A DNA stretch of 64,000 nucleotides. Origin: Bacteroidota bacterium. Lineage in GTDB: Bacteria; Bacteroidota; Bacteroidia; Bacteroidales; VadinHA17. Below, in pieces: positions 63,385 through 64,000 of this stretch; the stretch's first letter is position 1; each line of letters begins with the position of its first letter. Location: contig JBAXXU010000007.1 of NCBI GenBank assembly GCA_037127735.1, forward strand, positions 1,023 to 65,022. The letters are read 5' to 3'. Position numbers and translations under genes: made by a program. The notes beneath the pieces are model-generated. The model was not told the origin of the DNA and ran no database searches. It worked only from the letters and a program-made list of their open reading frames with translations.

Positions 63385-64000
63385 ATGGCACGACCACCTT
63401 CTACTAAAAGCGCGACCAAGCCTGTGGGCAAAGTAAGGAAAAAAGCACAAAAGAAACCACCCATAATATTGCCTCCTGTCATTGTAAAAACAAATTATTT
63501 TCAAAAGAAATATTTATATGGAGTTTCAGCCGTAGTACTGTTAATCGTATTCATCTTATTAATTCGCTTTTGTAATAAAGAAAAGCCGGCGCTACCGGTT
63601 CTGAAAACACAAGCTGTGACTGAAATTTTGTCTGAAACAGCTGCTTCAGGAGGCGATATAACAAGCAATGGCGGAGCGCCCGTAGTTTCAAGAGGCGTCT
63701 GCTGGAATACATCGGCCAGCCCGACTGTCGCGAACAATAAGACAGTTGATAGTGTTGGATCAGGCCCTTTTATCAGCCTGATTACCGGACTTACCCCAAA
63801 TACCATATATTTAGTAAGAGCCTATGCTACAAATAGCGCCGGTACAAGTTATGGCAATCAGGTACTATTTACTACCGGCAAGAGTGTAGTTCCTGATCTG
63901 ACACAGAAAACAACCGGTAAGGCTGAAGTTCCTGATCTGACACAGAAAACAACCGGTAAGGGTGAAGTTCCTGTTTTGACACAGAAAACAACCGGTAAGG
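63385..64000 (+). CDS. N-terminally anchored surface protein with an Fn3-like domain and 13-aa tandem repeats; 3' end outside the window (absent from the ORF track)
   Basis: ATG at 63385 with no stop through base 64000 (205 codons). Basic tail MARPPSTKSATKPVGKVRKKAQKK, TM helix YLYGVSAVVLLIVFILLIRF, and the domain ITSNGGAPVVSRGVCWNTSASPT...IYLVRAYATNSAGTSYGNQVLFTT. Repeats VPDLTQKTTGK[AG]E follow. Confidence 0.7.
   Translation, partial: MARPPSTKSATKPVGKVRKKAQKKPPIILPPVIVKTNYFQKKYLYGVSAVVLLIVFILLIRFCNKEKPALPVLKTQAVTEILSETAASGGDITSNGGAPVVSRGVCWNTSASPTVANNKTVDSVGSGPFISLITGLTPNTIYLVRAYATNSAGTSYGNQVLFTTGKSVVPDLTQKTTGKAEVPDLTQKTTGKGEVPVLTQKTTGK
63889..64000 (+). repeat. 39-bp coding tandem repeat, at least 2.8 copies, running off the window
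   Basis: GTTCCTGATCTGACACAGAAAACAACCGGTAAGGCTGAA starts at 63889, 63928 and 63967, with 2-4 substitutions per copy. Confidence 0.9.

Noticed and set aside
63162-63806. Two minus-strand ORFs (63162..63482 and 63501..63806)
   Set aside because: The first is translated mostly from the heptamer tract and the promoter region. The second is antisense to the plus-strand ORF starting at 63385, which has a coherent tail / TM helix / Fn3-like / repeat architecture.

Overview
This looks like a Bacteroidota chromosome segment from an anaerobe. All calls come from reading the translations and DNA by eye; no BLAST or HMM search was run.

Layout:
- 0-22 kb: housekeeping and accessory metabolism. It includes a sugar-oxidation cluster (TAT-exported Gfo/Idh/MocA, ThuA-PmoA, Gfo/Idh/MocA, MFS, TIM-barrel isomerase), ubiE, a porT-like gene, a TrmH-family methyltransferase and a BamA/TamA homologue.
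- 22-37 kb: the conserved block rpsU-xerC-hpf-tRNA(Thr,Tyr,Gly,Thr)-tuf-tRNA(Trp)-secE-nusG-rplKAJL-rpoBC.
- 37-43 kb: kdsC, a UbiA-family gene, maf and an S46 peptidase.
- 43-58.4 kb: an [FeFe]-hydrogenase and redox-sensing island.
- 58.6-63 kb: a decaying island of five toxin-antitoxin pairs.
- 63385 to the window end: an ORF missing from the supplied track.

Most interesting signals:
1. All three hydrogenase paralogues lack the canonical TSCCP proton-relay motif, including the NuoE/NuoF-linked HydA. Two sensory hydrogenases with different outputs (PAS plus PP2C, and a fused histidine kinase) bracket the hydCBA operon. Rex, ribF, hydG and a tandem TM1266-type regulator lie alongside.
2. A dispersed family of intergenic repeat tracts keeps a strict 7-nt register while the unit sequence drifts stepwise.
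3. Smaller items: a G9 homopolymer frameshift, a MITE-like palindromic element in two copies, a gene pair flanked by direct repeats, and several gene remnants.
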